DNA of 64,000 nt from positions 5,248,001-5,312,000 of the forward strand of contig OZ244207.1 in the NCBI GenBank assembly GCA_965216875.1, given 5' to 3'. Numbering within the stretch: the stretch's first letter is position 1; every line of letters begins with the position of its first letter. Source of the DNA: Rubripirellula sp. (GTDB taxonomy: Bacteria > Planctomycetota > Planctomycetia > Pirellulales > Pirellulaceae). The notes below the pieces were generated by a model. It did not search any database and was not told the origin of the DNA. It saw only the letters and a list, made by a program, of their open reading frames with translations. Positions 10,678 through 21,274 of this stretch are shown here, in pieces. The position numbers and the translations under genes were made by a program.

Positions 10678-11361
10678 ATGACGCGTTTGACATGGTTATC
10701 CCACGGAAGTTGGCTTATCAAGACGGGTGACGCACGCATCCTGCTCGACCCCTTTTTGACCGACAATCCCGCCGCAACGGCAAAGGCTGACGAGTTTGAT
10801 TCGATCGACCACGTTTTGATTTCGCACGGTCACTTTGACCACGTTGCCGACGCCGCTGCGATCACGAACCGCAACGGCGCCACGTTGATCGGATCGTTCG
10901 AAATCGCTCAATGGTTTTCAGCCAACCATGATGTCCAGTCGACGATTGGGATGAACCTCGGGGGTGCGACAACGCTGCCCTGGGGCACAGTCAAGATGAT
11001 CCCGGCTCTTCACAGCAATTCGCTTCCCGACGGGAGTTATGGTGGCGACCCCGCAGGTTACCTGCTGACCATCGAGGGCAAACGAATCTACTTTGCTTGT
11101 GACACAGCCCTTTTCAGTGACATGCGGCTTTACGCTCACCAAGTCGACCTCGCAATCCTGCCGATTGGTGATCTGTTCACGATGGGGATCGAAGACAGTG
11201 TGGCAGCGACCAAATTGATTGAACCAAAGAAAGTCATGCCGGCCCACTACGGAACCTGGCCGCCGATCGAGCAAGATGCCAATGCGTGGGCCGAGAAGAT
11301 CAAAGCGGAAACGAGCGCCGAACCGATCGTCATGAAGGTTGGCGAGGCAATCGAGGTGTGA
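10678..11361 (+). CDS. Metal-dependent hydrolase, metallo-beta-lactamase fold (UPF0173-like)
   Basis: LLDPFL, SHGHFDH motif, DTALF, LPIGD, PAHYGTWP. Confidence 0.9.
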   Translation: MTRLTWLSHGSWLIKTGDARILLDPFLTDNPAATAKADEFDSIDHVLISHGHFDHVADAAAITNRNGATLIGSFEIAQWFSANHDVQSTIGMNLGGATTLPWGTVKMIPALHSNSLPDGSYGGDPAGYLLTIEGKRIYFACDTALFSDMRLYAHQVDLAILPIGDLFTMGIEDSVAATKLIEPKKVMPAHYGTWPPIEQDANAWAEKIKAETSAEPIVMKVGEAIEV

Positions 11362-11369
11362 AGCGTCGA

Positions 11370-11490
11370 CCTGTGAGCCGTTTGTAGTACCGCCTTCAGG
11401 CGGAATCTCCGTGGGCCGCTGGCCGTCAGGCCGTGGGCCCTTGCTGCGGGCAAAAGAGTTCAAGGCCCGACGCTAGCGCGTTCGGCTCAC
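11370..11490. repeat. Composite REP-like cluster
   Basis: GTAGTACCGCCTTCAGGCGGAAT (11384-11406) plus GTGGGCCGCTGGCCGTCAGGCC...GGCCCGACGCTAGCGCGTTCGGCTCAC. Confidence 0.85.
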
Positions 11491-11496
11491 TAGAGA

Positions 11497-11814
11497 CTAC
11501 TCAGCGACACGAACCATCACGTCTTCGCCTTCGATTTTGACTTCAAAGCAATCGACTTTGACCTTGGGGTTGTCTTCCCAACTGCCGTCTTTCATGCAGA
11601 AACGCCAAGCGTGCCAGGGACAGGTGACCGTTTTGTCGTCGACGTAACCTTCTGCCAACGAGGCCCCCATGTGAGGGCAGAGGTCGTCGATTGCAAACCA
11701 CTCGTCACCTTGTTTGAAGACGGCGACCATTCGGCCATCGACGGGGACGGCTCGTCCTTGCCCCTCCTCGAAATCGCTCACTTTGCCGACCGTCTCAAAA
11801 TCACTCACTGCCAT
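11497..11814 (-). CDS. Rieske [2Fe-2S] ferredoxin (NirD-like)
   Basis: CPHMG...CPWH Rieske motifs; start taken at ATG 11814 (MAVSDF). Confidence 0.9.
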   Translation of the reverse strand: MAVSDFETVGKVSDFEEGQGRAVPVDGRMVAVFKQGDEWFAIDDLCPHMGASLAEGYVDDKTVTCPWHAWRFCMKDGSWEDNPKVKVDCFEVKIEGEDVMVRVAE

Positions 11815-12045
11815 TCTCACTTGTTTTGGGGCGGGCGTACCTGAATTAGTCGTACTTCGCTCAGGATTCCCTTGCACATTTTGCGTCGCTCTTGTCACAC
11901 TTTACCGTGGAAATCGAGTTTGCCCAGCTAGCCGGCAGATTGCACCGTCACAATCGCGCGTGTGGCAATCCCATACCGCACCAAAGCTCGCTTGTCCGCG
12001 AATCACTGACCACCAGATACCAATCGCCCCAGTAACCTACCGTCC

Positions 12046-13881
12046 ATGATCAATCATCAGCGACGTCGTCTGCTCGAATCTCGCATTTGGCCTCACGTTC
12101 AAACCCCCGCCCAGTACGTCGGTGGCGAACGGAACATCGTGGTCAAAGATCACCGCAACGTGCGCGGCAAAGTCTGTCTCGGTTTCCCCGATGCTTACAC
12201 GATCGGAATGAGCCACCATGGGCTTCAGGTGCTCTATTCGCTGATGAACCGCCGCGAGGACTGGTGCGCCGAACGTGTCTTCACGCCCTGGCCAGACATG
12301 GAAGCGTTGCTTCGCAAGCACGAGATTCCACTCTACAGCCTCGAGACGTTCACGGCGCTGAGTGAATTCGACGTGATTGGGTTGAGCTTGCAGTACGAGA
12401 TCAGCTCGCCCAACGTGCTGACGATGATCGATCTCGGCGGCATCCCACTGGAAGCGGCCGATCGAACGATGGCCGATCCGCTGGTCTTGGGTGGCGGTCC
12501 CTGCTGCCAAAACCCGGAGCCGATGGCCGAGTATTTTGACGTCATGATCACCGGCGACGGTGAACCGGTCCTGCCTTTGGTCTGTGACCTTTGGTTGGAA
12601 CTGAAGAATAAAGTGCGGCTCGAAGATGGTTCCTTTGCCACCGGCGAAGTCGGCCGCAAGCAACGCGAAGACGCCTTGGCCATCGTTGCCCAAAAGATTG
12701 AATCGGCGTACGTCCCACGATTCTATCAACCCGAATACGCCGGTGGGCGAATCGCTGCACTCAATCGAACACGCACCGACGTTCCCGAAACGATCGCGCC
12801 AAGTGTGATCAGCGACTTGGATGGAATTCCGCTGCCGACCAAGCCAATCGTGCCTTACATCGAATGCGTCCACGACCGTATCGCGGTCGAAATCATGCGC
12901 GGTTGCCCACACCTTTGCCGCTTTTGTCAAAGCACGGTCATCAAACGACCGCTTCGGATTCGCGAAGTCGACACGATTGTCGACGCGGCCATCGAAAGCT
13001 ATCGAAACACTGGCTACAACGAGATCAGCATCCTGTCACTCTCCAGTAGCGATTACCCTCACTTCGAACCACTCGTGCGGCGATTGCATGAAGTCTTCAA
13101 GCCGCTCGGGGTCAACATTTCCGTCCCGAGTTTGCGAGTCAACGACCAACTTCGCTCGCTGCCACAATTGATTGGCACCGATCGCCGCAGTTCACTGACA
13201 CTCGCACCCGAAGTCGCTCGCGACGACATGCGAGAACAGATCCGAAAGAAGATCAAAAACAGCGACTTGATCGAGGGCTGCCGCGCAGCGTTCAAGCACA
13301 ACTTCGAAAGCGTCAAGCTCTACTTCATGTGCGGCTTGCCCGGCGAACGTCCCGTTGACTTGGATGGGATCGTCGACCTCGCCGAAGAGATTGCAACGGT
13401 TGGCAAGGAAGTCAAAGGCCGGTACGTGCGGGTGACGGCGAGCGTTTCCAACTTTGTTCCCAAAGCTCACACGCCTTACCAATGGAACGGAATGCAGCGC
13501 CGCGAGTATTTCAAATGGGCTCACAAATACATGTGGAACCGCCGCAAGATTCGCAGTGTGAACATCAAGTGCCACGACATCGAAACGAGTTTGCTGGAAG
13601 GTGTGCTCAGCCGCGGTGATCGACGTACCGGTAAAGCGATTCGCCTGGCTTGGGAACGCGGCGCCCGAATGGACGGTTGGACCGAACACCTCGATCCCGA
13701 GCGTTGGTGGACGTCACTGGCTGATGCTGGCATCGACATCGAAAGCCAGGTCCATGAAAAGTACGAAATGATGGACAAGCTTCCTTGGGATCACGTCAAC
13801 GTCAAGTTTGGACGTGCGTACCTCGAGAAAGAGCAGGGCAGGGCAACGGTGCAACTCGCCGCCATGGCCGACGCTGAGTAG
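12046..13881 (+). CDS. Radical SAM protein, TIGR03960-like family
   Basis: P-x-x-Y-x-GGE-x-N start, FPDAYTIGMSHHGL, EIMRGCPHLCRFCQ (CxxxCxxC), YFMCGLPGE, FVPKAHTPYQW, LPWDH. Confidence 0.88.
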   Translation: MINHQRRRLLESRIWPHVQTPAQYVGGERNIVVKDHRNVRGKVCLGFPDAYTIGMSHHGLQVLYSLMNRREDWCAERVFTPWPDMEALLRKHEIPLYSLETFTALSEFDVIGLSLQYEISSPNVLTMIDLGGIPLEAADRTMADPLVLGGGPCCQNPEPMAEYFDVMITGDGEPVLPLVCDLWLELKNKVRLEDGSFATGEVGRKQREDALAIVAQKIESAYVPRFYQPEYAGGRIAALNRTRTDVPETIAPSVISDLDGIPLPTKPIVPYIECVHDRIAVEIMRGCPHLCRFCQSTVIKRPLRIREVDTIVDAAIESYRNTGYNEISILSLSSSDYPHFEPLVRRLHEVFKPLGVNISVPSLRVNDQLRSLPQLIGTDRRSSLTLAPEVARDDMREQIRKKIKNSDLIEGCRAAFKHNFESVKLYFMCGLPGERPVDLDGIVDLAEEIATVGKEVKGRYVRVTASVSNFVPKAHTPYQWNGMQRREYFKWAHKYMWNRRKIRSVNIKCHDIETSLLEGVLSRGDRRTGKAIRLAWERGARMDGWTEHLDPERWWTSLADAGIDIESQVHEKYEMMDKLPWDHVNVKFGRAYLEKEQGRATVQLAAMADAE

Positions 13882-13891
13882 CAGGCTGGCT

Positions 13892-14281
13892 CGTGAGCCG
13901 GGCACTTGATGCGCGTAAAAGAGAATGCAGGGCCCGACGCTAGCGTTCGGCTCTCCGTTCGCGGTACCGCCTTCAGGCTACCCCAATTGAATCTGTCGCC
14001 CTCCGGGCTTCGCAGTGAGCGAACCAGCATACCGGCGGCTGACGCCGCCAGCTGTGATTTGCCGCCCTCCGGGCTAAGCGGGATTTTGAAACTGTAGCCC
14101 GGAGGGCGATATATCCTTGCCGGTGGCGTAACTCCAATCCGCTACGGGAGCGAGTTCGGACACCGTTCGTAGCACCGCCTTCAGGGGGATTCCCCGTGAG
14201 CCGCTGGCCGTCAGGCCTCGGACCCTTGTCGCGCGCCAAAAGAGAGAATGCAGGGCCCGACGCTAGCGAGTTCGGCTCACT
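13892..14281. repeat. Large mosaic of REP-like palindromes
   Basis: Direct repeat AAAAGAG(AG)AATGCAGGGCCCGACGCTAGCG (~13917 and ~14238); CGCCCTCCGGGCT twice plus inverted AGCCCGGAGGGCG; GTAGCACCGCCTTCAGG unit at 14169. Confidence 0.85.
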
Positions 14282-14288
14282 TGCGCGC

Positions 14289-15224
14289 CTAATCAACGAA
14301 CTCGTGTTGTTCGATGTACGGTTCGATATGCACGTGCACGTCTCGGACGCGCGGCATCGATTCGAGCAGTTCGTCTTTGACTTGGTGGCCGATGCGATGA
14401 CCTTCGTCGACCGTTAGCTTTCCGTTGACTTGAATGTGGATCTCGATGAAGTACTCGAGTCCACTTTTGCGAACGCGCAACTTTTCGACCTCAGTCACAC
14501 CCGCGACCGAAGCGGCGCTGTCGCGGATCGCCAAGACCGTTTCTTCGTCGGCTTGTTGGTCCATCAACTCCGTTGCCGTCGACATGAAGATGCGCAGCCC
14601 CATGATCACCAACAACGTGCACACTCCCATGGCGGCCACCGGATCGACGTAGGGCGCGAACGTGCCGGTGTAGGGTGCAACGAGCAGCGAGATCGCGACG
14701 ACGGCCGATGCGAGGGCGTCGCTGCGATGGTCCCACGCAACGGCGTGCAGCGCCGAGGAACCGAGGTTTTTGGCGACGCGACGCGTGTACTGATAGACGA
14801 CTTCTTTGACAACTGCACAGACGATTGCGATCACCCCCGCAGCCATCGCTGGGACTTCGAGTGTCTCGCGAAACCGACGAATCGTTTCGAGTCCCAGGAT
14901 GCCGGCACTGAAGGCAACCAGCAGGGCGACGCAGAGTCCGGCAATCGATTCCGCTTTGGTATGACCGTACGGATGATCGTCGTCTTCTTTGAGCTGAGCG
15001 ACTGCCAGTGCCCCGCGCACGGCAAGCGCGCTGGCCACGTCACCAATCGAGTTGACCGCATCCGCGATCAGCGCGGACGAACCGGTCAGGATGCCACCGA
15101 CAAGCTTGGCGACCATCAAACAAATGTTGACGCCGAGTCCCCAAACCGCTGCGCGTCCCGCTTCACGGTAGACCTGATCGCGCCGCGCAAGCGTCGATTC
15201 GTCTCGTGGCGGGCTGATCGACAA
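14289..15224 (-). CDS. Cation diffusion facilitator (CDF) family transporter
   Basis: SALIADAVNSIGD, DHPYGHTKAE, DHRSDA, C-terminal ZT dimer domain ending VHVHIEP. Confidence 0.93.
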   Translation of the reverse strand: MSISPPRDESTLARRDQVYREAGRAAVWGLGVNICLMVAKLVGGILTGSSALIADAVNSIGDVASALAVRGALAVAQLKEDDDHPYGHTKAESIAGLCVALLVAFSAGILGLETIRRFRETLEVPAMAAGVIAIVCAVVKEVVYQYTRRVAKNLGSSALHAVAWDHRSDALASAVVAISLLVAPYTGTFAPYVDPVAAMGVCTLLVIMGLRIFMSTATELMDQQADEETVLAIRDSAASVAGVTEVEKLRVRKSGLEYFIEIHIQVNGKLTVDEGHRIGHQVKDELLESMPRVRDVHVHIEPYIEQHEFVD

Positions 15225-15295
15225 AGAATTGCTCGGCGAAAAGGGATGCGTTTGCCTGGGTCCATTGGAATTCTAGTTCATGAGGCGGCTATGCC

Positions 15296-15365
15296 GTAGC
15301 GACGTTCGCAAGAACGTGGGCAACACTTGACCTTTGGTGGACCACCGTCTGGCGAAGGTAGCAAC
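15296..15365. repeat. REP doublet (GTAGCTAC family, degenerate)
   Basis: GTAGCGACGTTCGCAAGAACGTGG ... CCACCGTCTGGCGAAGGTAGCAAC. Confidence 0.75.
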
Positions 15366-15454
15366 GGACTTGTCTCATTCGACGTTTCCGCACTGGTGCA
15401 AAGTGTGACCTACGCTTTTGCGAGAACTCTCGCGCTAACCCTCAGGCCTCATAA

Positions 15455-17548
15455 ATGTCACACGCCGCATCATCGGACCAGGCAACGGTCACCCCCGCAT
15501 CACGTCCCATGTTTTGGTTCGCGGCCACGACCCTCTTGGGTGCGTTTCTGGTTTTCCAAGTTCAACCGGTGATCAGCAAGTGTGTGCTGCCATGGTTTGG
15601 CGGGACGCCTGCCGTTTGGACAACCTGCATGTTGTTCTTCCAGATCCTGTTGTTTGGCGGCTACCTGTACGCGCATGTGCTGCGGAGCTGTTTTCGCCCG
15701 GGAATTCAAGCGGCCATTCACTTGGCGCTGCTTTCGGCTGCCGCGTTACTGTTGCCAATCGAACCTTCGGCCGAGTGGAAACCAACCGGTGCCGAATCAC
15801 CGATGTTGCACCTGCTTTGGATGTTGGCCGCTCACGTCGGGCTTCCCTACTTTGTCCTTTCCAGCACCGGTCCTTTGATCCAAGCGTGGTTGAGCTACCA
15901 AGACAACAGCGACCGCGTTTATCGCCTCTATGCGTTGTCCAATGCGGGTTCGCTGGTGGCTTTGTTGAGCTATCCGTTTGTGGTCGAACCCGTGTTGTCG
16001 GTCTCGAATCAATCGGTTGTCTGGTCGCTGATGTTCTGCCTGTTTGTGCTGGCTCAGGGCATCGTGGCCACGGGACTCTTTGGGCGCCGCTTATCGACAG
16101 ACAAAGCCGTCACGGGCGCAACGAACAGCAACGAACAAACCACCGCTTGGAGCATCAAAGCCACTTGGATCGCTCTGCCGGCTTTGGCGTCGACATCGCT
16201 GCTTGTGGTCACCAACCACGTCTGCCAAGACATCGCTGTGATTCCATTCATGTGGGTGCTTCCGCTAAGTCTCTACTTGATCAGCTTCATCGTTTGCTTC
16301 GACTCACCCCAGTGGTATCGCCCTAAGCCGATCGCGGCAACGACACTCGTTGCGATCCTGACGATTCAAGCCAAACACCTGCTGCCAGGCCCAGTGCAAC
16401 TGATCGCCGAAGCATCCTGCTACTTGGTCACGCTGTTGGGTGTCTGCTTGCTGTGCCACGGTGAAGTTGTCCGGTTGAAACCGGCTGCCAGCAAACTGAC
16501 CCAGTACTACGCGATGCTGTCGGCCGGCGGCGCCGTGGGCGGCATCATCGTCGCCATCGTCTGCCCAATCTTGTTTGACAGCTTCCTTGAGTTGCCACTT
16601 ACGTTGGGCGTCGTCACCGCATTGACCTGCATTTTGTACTTCGCGTGCTTGGGCTGGAAAGAAACGACTTACGATTGGTCTGCCGCGAAGCGTTTGCAAG
16701 TGCCAGCGATCGCATTGATGATTGCTCCGATTTTGACTGTCACGCTCGCGCCACAAGACGAAACGATTGCATCGGAGCGAAACTTCTTTGGCGTTCTGGC
16801 AGTGCTTAAGAACGACGAGGGCGTTCGATTGGTCCACGGCAGCACCATCCACGGAATGCAGCGACTTGGTGAACATGCGGCTGAGCCGACCACGTACTAC
16901 GGCCGCGAAAGTGGTGTTGGCCTGGTGCTCGGTCACATGCAATCCGAAAAGGACTCGCTTGACGTTGGCGTCGTCGGATTGGGATGCGGCGTGCTCGCAA
17001 CCTACGGACGCCCCGAGGATCGTTTCGACATGATCGAAATCAATCCGGCGGTGATCGATATCGCGCAAACCCACTTCACCTTTTTGTCGGACAGCCGAGG
17101 TCAGATCGAACATCACATCGGCGATGGTCGATTGGTTCTCGAGCGGATGACCGAAAAGCGGTTCGATGTCCTAGTGCTCGACGCATTCAGCAGCGATGCC
17201 ATTCCGGCCCACCTGCTGACTCGCGAAGCCATCGCGTTGTACCAACAGCGGTTGGCCGAGGGTGGCGTCTTGGCGGTCCACGTCTCAAACAATCACCTCG
17301 ATCTTGCTCCGCTTGTCCATCGCCTTGCCGATGAAGCAGGTCTGCACAGCCGCTTGGTGCTGGGAGCGGGGGACGACGCGGCGGGCATCCACCCCTCGCT
17401 GTGGGTGATCTGTGGCGACCCGTCGAACTCGGTCTGGGGCGAGACAACGATTGCTGAGGCCTCGAAACCGACGCCGACCGAGCTGGAAACGGCCCCCATC
17501 TGGACCGACCAACAGCACAATTTGGTCAGTGTCCTGCGCCTTTGGTAA
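15455..17548 (+). CDS. Fused membrane domain / spermidine-synthase-like SAM-dependent methyltransferase
   Basis: LGAFLVFQVQP...LPWFGG, YALSNAGS, HGSTIHG, VVGLGCG (SAM-binding), EINP, GDGR, VLDAFSSDAIP. Confidence 0.88.
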   Translation: MSHAASSDQATVTPASRPMFWFAATTLLGAFLVFQVQPVISKCVLPWFGGTPAVWTTCMLFFQILLFGGYLYAHVLRSCFRPGIQAAIHLALLSAAALLLPIEPSAEWKPTGAESPMLHLLWMLAAHVGLPYFVLSSTGPLIQAWLSYQDNSDRVYRLYALSNAGSLVALLSYPFVVEPVLSVSNQSVVWSLMFCLFVLAQGIVATGLFGRRLSTDKAVTGATNSNEQTTAWSIKATWIALPALASTSLLVVTNHVCQDIAVIPFMWVLPLSLYLISFIVCFDSPQWYRPKPIAATTLVAILTIQAKHLLPGPVQLIAEASCYLVTLLGVCLLCHGEVVRLKPAASKLTQYYAMLSAGGAVGGIIVAIVCPILFDSFLELPLTLGVVTALTCILYFACLGWKETTYDWSAAKRLQVPAIALMIAPILTVTLAPQDETIASERNFFGVLAVLKNDEGVRLVHGSTIHGMQRLGEHAAEPTTYYGRESGVGLVLGHMQSEKDSLDVGVVGLGCGVLATYGRPEDRFDMIEINPAVIDIAQTHFTFLSDSRGQIEHHIGDGRLVLERMTEKRFDVLVLDAFSSDAIPAHLLTREAIALYQQRLAEGGVLAVHVSNNHLDLAPLVHRLADEAGLHSRLVLGAGDDAAGIHPSLWVICGDPSNSVWGETTIAEASKPTPTELETAPIWTDQQHNLVSVLRLW

Positions 17549-17949
17549 TGTGGCAAATCCAACAAAATCGCCACTTTGACTCAAGCCTGCGCGATTGCTC
17601 TTGCTGACTGTTTCACGCCTTTGCTACGGTCGCGAAGTCCCTGTTTTCAGGAAGTCTGGCAGTTGATTTGCATTTGGGCTGGAGAAGGCAGCGGGATCAG
17701 TCGATAAGCGTACTGTTTCCGCCATTTTGCGCTCAAAAGTCTCTAATCGCTGACGGATTGCATCCTGGGACAAGGATAGCGGCGCTAACGACCAACGCGG
17801 AAACACTTCAAATTTGATGGTCTCGGACGACCACGAGTTTGATAAGGTCACATGCGCTTTCCATGCCACGATGCCTTTACCAGGCCGCGAATTGCGGTCT
17901 CGGAGGGGTGTTTGTGGTGGTTCCAGTCCCACACGGGAGCAATTCGACA

Positions 17950-18237
17950 ATGCAGATTTACGGTCCATACCGGGTTTCGACCACTCAATCCAACTCCGGA
18001 CCTCAGCGCGCCCAGTCTCAACCACCGGCCGAACAGCCGAAGAAGAGCACGCCCACCGATCAACTTGATCTTTCCAGTGGCGTGAATCGTCTCGAGACCA
18101 CCTCGCCTGTGGCGGGAAGCGGTGAAATTCGCATCGATCGCGTCGCCGAGATCCGTCGTCAAATCGCCGATGGCAGCTACGAGACCCCCGAAAAGCTCGA
18201 CGCAGCACTCGATCGACTGCTCGACCAATACGCCTAA
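17950..18237 (+). CDS. flgM: Flagellar anti-sigma-28 factor FlgM
   Basis: MQIYGP...DQLDLS...IRIDRVAEIRRQIADGSYETPEKLDAALDRLLD; GGGAG RBS. Confidence 0.85.
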   Translation: MQIYGPYRVSTTQSNSGPQRAQSQPPAEQPKKSTPTDQLDLSSGVNRLETTSPVAGSGEIRIDRVAEIRRQIADGSYETPEKLDAALDRLLDQYA

Positions 18238-18511
18238 ACGGCTAGACACCCTGACGCCTTGACGCCCAAACGCTCGAGTCGTGGGTCAGGTCTCCTCCGC
18301 AGATGACCGATGACGCGGCAGCCAATCTTCGTGGTTGCCGCGCGGTTTTGACGCTCAAAAGGGACGTCAATTCGGCACAGCGACTGCCCAAAACTGGACG
18401 GTTGAATATATTGTGGGGAAGAAGAAGCGTTGATCTGACGGCCTCCCATGGCCCGATTCGGTTTCCGCTTCCAATCACCCAATACCCATTGCATGCTCTG
18501 GTCACCCCACT

Positions 18512-19009
18512 GTGAATGCTCCCTCGCTGAAACCACTCGACGTTTCGCTATCGCCTCAAGAGCGATTCGAGGAGTATTTGCAGACCCGTGGGTTGCGGCA
18601 AACGAGTCAACGCAAATTCCTGATCGCGGAAGTCTTTAGCAGCCACGATCACTTTGACGCTGACGAACTGATCGATCGGCTGCCCCGTCGTGGCGAAGAG
18701 AACTACGTCAGCCCGGCGACTGTCTATCGAACGCTACGCGACTTGGTTGACGCTGGGTTGTTGCGAGATTTTCAGCTCGATGGCCGAACGGTTTACGAAC
18801 ACGACTACGGCTACCCCCAACACGATCACCTCTACTGCACTCGCTGCCGAAAGTTGATCGAGTTTCAAAGTGACGAGATCCTCGAACTGCGAGACAAGGT
18901 TGCCGCCGAACAAGGTTTCCGCGTCACCGGTCACCGGTTGATCATTCAAGGCGTTTGCCGTGAATGCAGCCGCAGCCGGCGCAAGAAACGCAAACAAGAC
19001 CTCGTGTAA
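18512..19009 (+). CDS. Fur-family transcriptional regulator
   Basis: GLRQTSQR, HFDADEL, SPATVYRTL, HDHLYCTRC, CREC. Confidence 0.92.
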   Translation: MNAPSLKPLDVSLSPQERFEEYLQTRGLRQTSQRKFLIAEVFSSHDHFDADELIDRLPRRGEENYVSPATVYRTLRDLVDAGLLRDFQLDGRTVYEHDYGYPQHDHLYCTRCRKLIEFQSDEILELRDKVAAEQGFRVTGHRLIIQGVCRECSRSRRKKRKQDLV

Positions 19010-19017
19010 ACGCGTTC

Positions 19018-19186
19018 GTAGTACCGCCTTTAGGCGGAATCGCCGCCGGCCGTCCAGTACGCCCCGGAGAGGCCCGACGCTAGCTAGCGCGTTCGGCTCA
19101 CGAGGATACCGTAGCTACCTTCGCCAGAAGGTGGTCGTGCTGGTAGGCGGCTCTCCACGACACCACGCTCTGGCGAGCGTAGCTAC
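19018..19186. repeat. Composite REP cluster
   Basis: GTAGTACCGCCTTTAGGCGGAAT (19018), GGCCCGACGCTAG..CGCGTTCGGCTCAC, and doublet GTAGCTACCTTCGCCAGAAGGTGG...CCACGCTCTGGCGAGCGTAGCTAC (19111-19186). Confidence 0.87.
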
Positions 19187-19219
19187 GGAATAGGCTAGGC
19201 AGCTGACCCGATTCACGGC

Positions 19220-19639
19220 TCAAACGGCTTCGCGGATCTGTTTCAGAATCGCGCCGAGAACGGGTTGGTTCTCGTCAAAGTCTCGGCTCTCGGTTTGAAA
19301 CTGCACGAGGTATCGGTCCGCTCCGATATTCATCAGGATCAACCGCGACACGATCACCAGGTCGAGGTAGTAGAAGCGGAAGTCGACGATTCGCTCGCCT
19401 TCCTCCCCAGGCACATCCTCACGCTCGAGCTCCGAATACTCTTCCGCCAACATGTTGGCCACCTCTTCGATCAACTCATCGTCGAGCGATCCGTCTCGAT
19501 TGCGTTCGAGCGAAAAGAACCCACCTGAGGGCATTTCGAGCGTCACTCCTTGCTCGGCGTCGTCTTCATCGCGAAGCACGACTTGCCAATTATCGGGATA
19601 AAGAAATTTGAGTCCAAACGATTCAAAGGTTGCTGGCAT
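19220..19639 (-). CDS. Hypothetical protein (possibly PsbP/DcrB-like fold)
   Basis: Acidic 139-aa ORF from ATG 19639: MPATFESFGLKFLYPDNWQV; the fold is only a guess from the F-x-YP-x-x-W start. Confidence 0.65.
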   Translation of the reverse strand: MPATFESFGLKFLYPDNWQVVLRDEDDAEQGVTLEMPSGGFFSLERNRDGSLDDELIEEVANMLAEEYSELEREDVPGEEGERIVDFRFYYLDLVIVSRLILMNIGADRYLVQFQTESRDFDENQPVLGAILKQIREAV

Positions 19640-19812
19640 GATGACGACATTGCGGGGTTTTCGAGTTCTCGAGGCTCCATGATGGCCTGTCGAGAAAGAT
19701 TGGGGAAGTGAGTCAAGCCGCCCCGGCGGCAATCCGAAACGACAAATGGGCCAACCATTTATTGCTTTTTGCATCGGGCTTTTGATAAGACCGCAAAGAC
19801 TCATCACCTCTT

Positions 19813-20754
19813 ATGGGCCCCCGAATGGAATCGTTTGCCAGCAAAAAACTGCTGACACTCCTCGCCCTCGCGCAGCTTCTAGCTGTCGCGAGTGGATGTC
19901 GAGCGATCCGTCGGTTCGGTGACAGCCACCAAACGATCGCAGCCCGCCGACTCTCGGGCCAGGGGTTTCAGGCGATGCACGATGGTCGCTGGGAAGTGGC
20001 CGAGTCGCTGTTCAATGACGCATTGGATGTGTCCAAAGCGAATGACCGCGCCCATTGGGGACTGGCCGAATCGCATTGGCAGCGCGGCGAACGCGAAACC
20101 GCGATCGAACACATGGAACATGCCGTTCGCCTGAGTGCCGACGACCCGCGGATGGTCCAACGGCTCGGCCGCATGTACCTGGAAACGGGCCGATTGAAGG
20201 ACGCCGATGCGCACAGCCTCTGGGCACTCGAATTGCAACGCGACTCGGAAGAAGCTTGGGCGCTTCGAGGCGATTGTTTGAAAGCGGCCGGTTATGGTGT
20301 CGAAGCACTCGAAGCCTATCATCGCGCTTTAGCGATGCGTCCTGACTTTCCCGAAGTGCAATTGGAAGCCGCCGAAATCTATCGCGCCGGCGGTCAATTC
20401 GATCGCGTCCTCGCGACACTCAACCAGTTGCAAGACGGTGTCGGAATCGAAGACGCCCCGGCGCGAGCCGACATGTTGCAAGGCATCGCGATGAAACACC
20501 TAGGGCGAACCAACGAAGCGAGACGCTGCTTCTCACGAGCCGCAACCAAGAGCCCCGAGGACGCAGCACCCCATTTGGAACTCGCGGCGCTCGCTCTGGA
20601 AAGCGGCGAAGTTCAACAGGCCCAAGAATCACTCAGCACCGCCATGCGTTTGGCCCCCGGGACACTTCAACAGTCCGAACTGATGCGGCAACTGCAAGGA
20701 TCCTCCGAGAGATTAGCGATCGACCCCAACGACGCCACGCCCGAATTGCGATAA
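19813..20754 (+). CDS. Tetratricopeptide-repeat protein, probable lipoprotein
   Basis: Lipobox-like LAVASGC; repeated TPR helices (AHWGLAE, AWALRGD, YHRAL..PDF). Confidence 0.85.
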   Translation: MGPRMESFASKKLLTLLALAQLLAVASGCRAIRRFGDSHQTIAARRLSGQGFQAMHDGRWEVAESLFNDALDVSKANDRAHWGLAESHWQRGERETAIEHMEHAVRLSADDPRMVQRLGRMYLETGRLKDADAHSLWALELQRDSEEAWALRGDCLKAAGYGVEALEAYHRALAMRPDFPEVQLEAAEIYRAGGQFDRVLATLNQLQDGVGIEDAPARADMLQGIAMKHLGRTNEARRCFSRAATKSPEDAAPHLELAALALESGEVQQAQESLSTAMRLAPGTLQQSELMRQLQGSSERLAIDPNDATPELR

Positions 20755-20767
20755 CGGATCAGCAATC

Positions 20768-20963
20768 ACCCTCCCGCTTGCGGGAGGGTCGGGCGCTAAA
20801 GCCCGGGGAGGGCCGTTCGAGGTGCCCCTCTCCGGGCCTGAGAGCCCGACTCTCCCAAGGGAGCGTGCCAGCCGGATGCATGACATTTTGAGCTAGACCG
20901 ACCACTACGAAGAGGACGCGGAGCGTCCATGAGTGCGTTACCACGCGGAGCGTGGTAACGAGG
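20768..20963. repeat. Palindromic repeat cluster downstream of the TPR gene
   Basis: CCCTCCCGCTTGCGGGAGGG hairpin; GGACGCGGAGCGTCC; CGTTACCACGCGGAGCGTGGTAACG palindrome. Confidence 0.7.
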
Positions 20964-21274
20964 CGGAACGGCGGGACCGTTTCCGATCCTAACGATTGTT
21001 CCGTTAACTCTGTTGGTTGTGCGTGGCAGCGAGAGGTTGTCAGTTTTCCGTTTATTCCAAGCTGAAATCTTTGCTGAGGGCGGAATGCGGGAATGTTTCA
21101 CCTTGTTGGGGAAATCCAGCAAGAATCTGACGCCACCTACAAATTCTTGACGTAAGTTTCGTTCGTACACTGTCTATGAACGTGCGCGCTCATAGGCCTG
21201 TGGAACTGGCATGCATGGGTACAAATCTTCAATCGGCATGCCCAAGCACTTTTCCGTGAAGCGAGAAGCAACTT

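Noticed and set aside
12046..13881. Functional link between the TIGR03960-like radical SAM gene and the B12 riboswitch locus
   Set aside because: They are about 17 kb apart with unrelated genes between; nothing in the sequence ties them
17680..17710. GTCGATAA as a sigma-28 -10 box upstream of flgM
   Set aside because: No matching TAAA-like -35 element at the proper spacing
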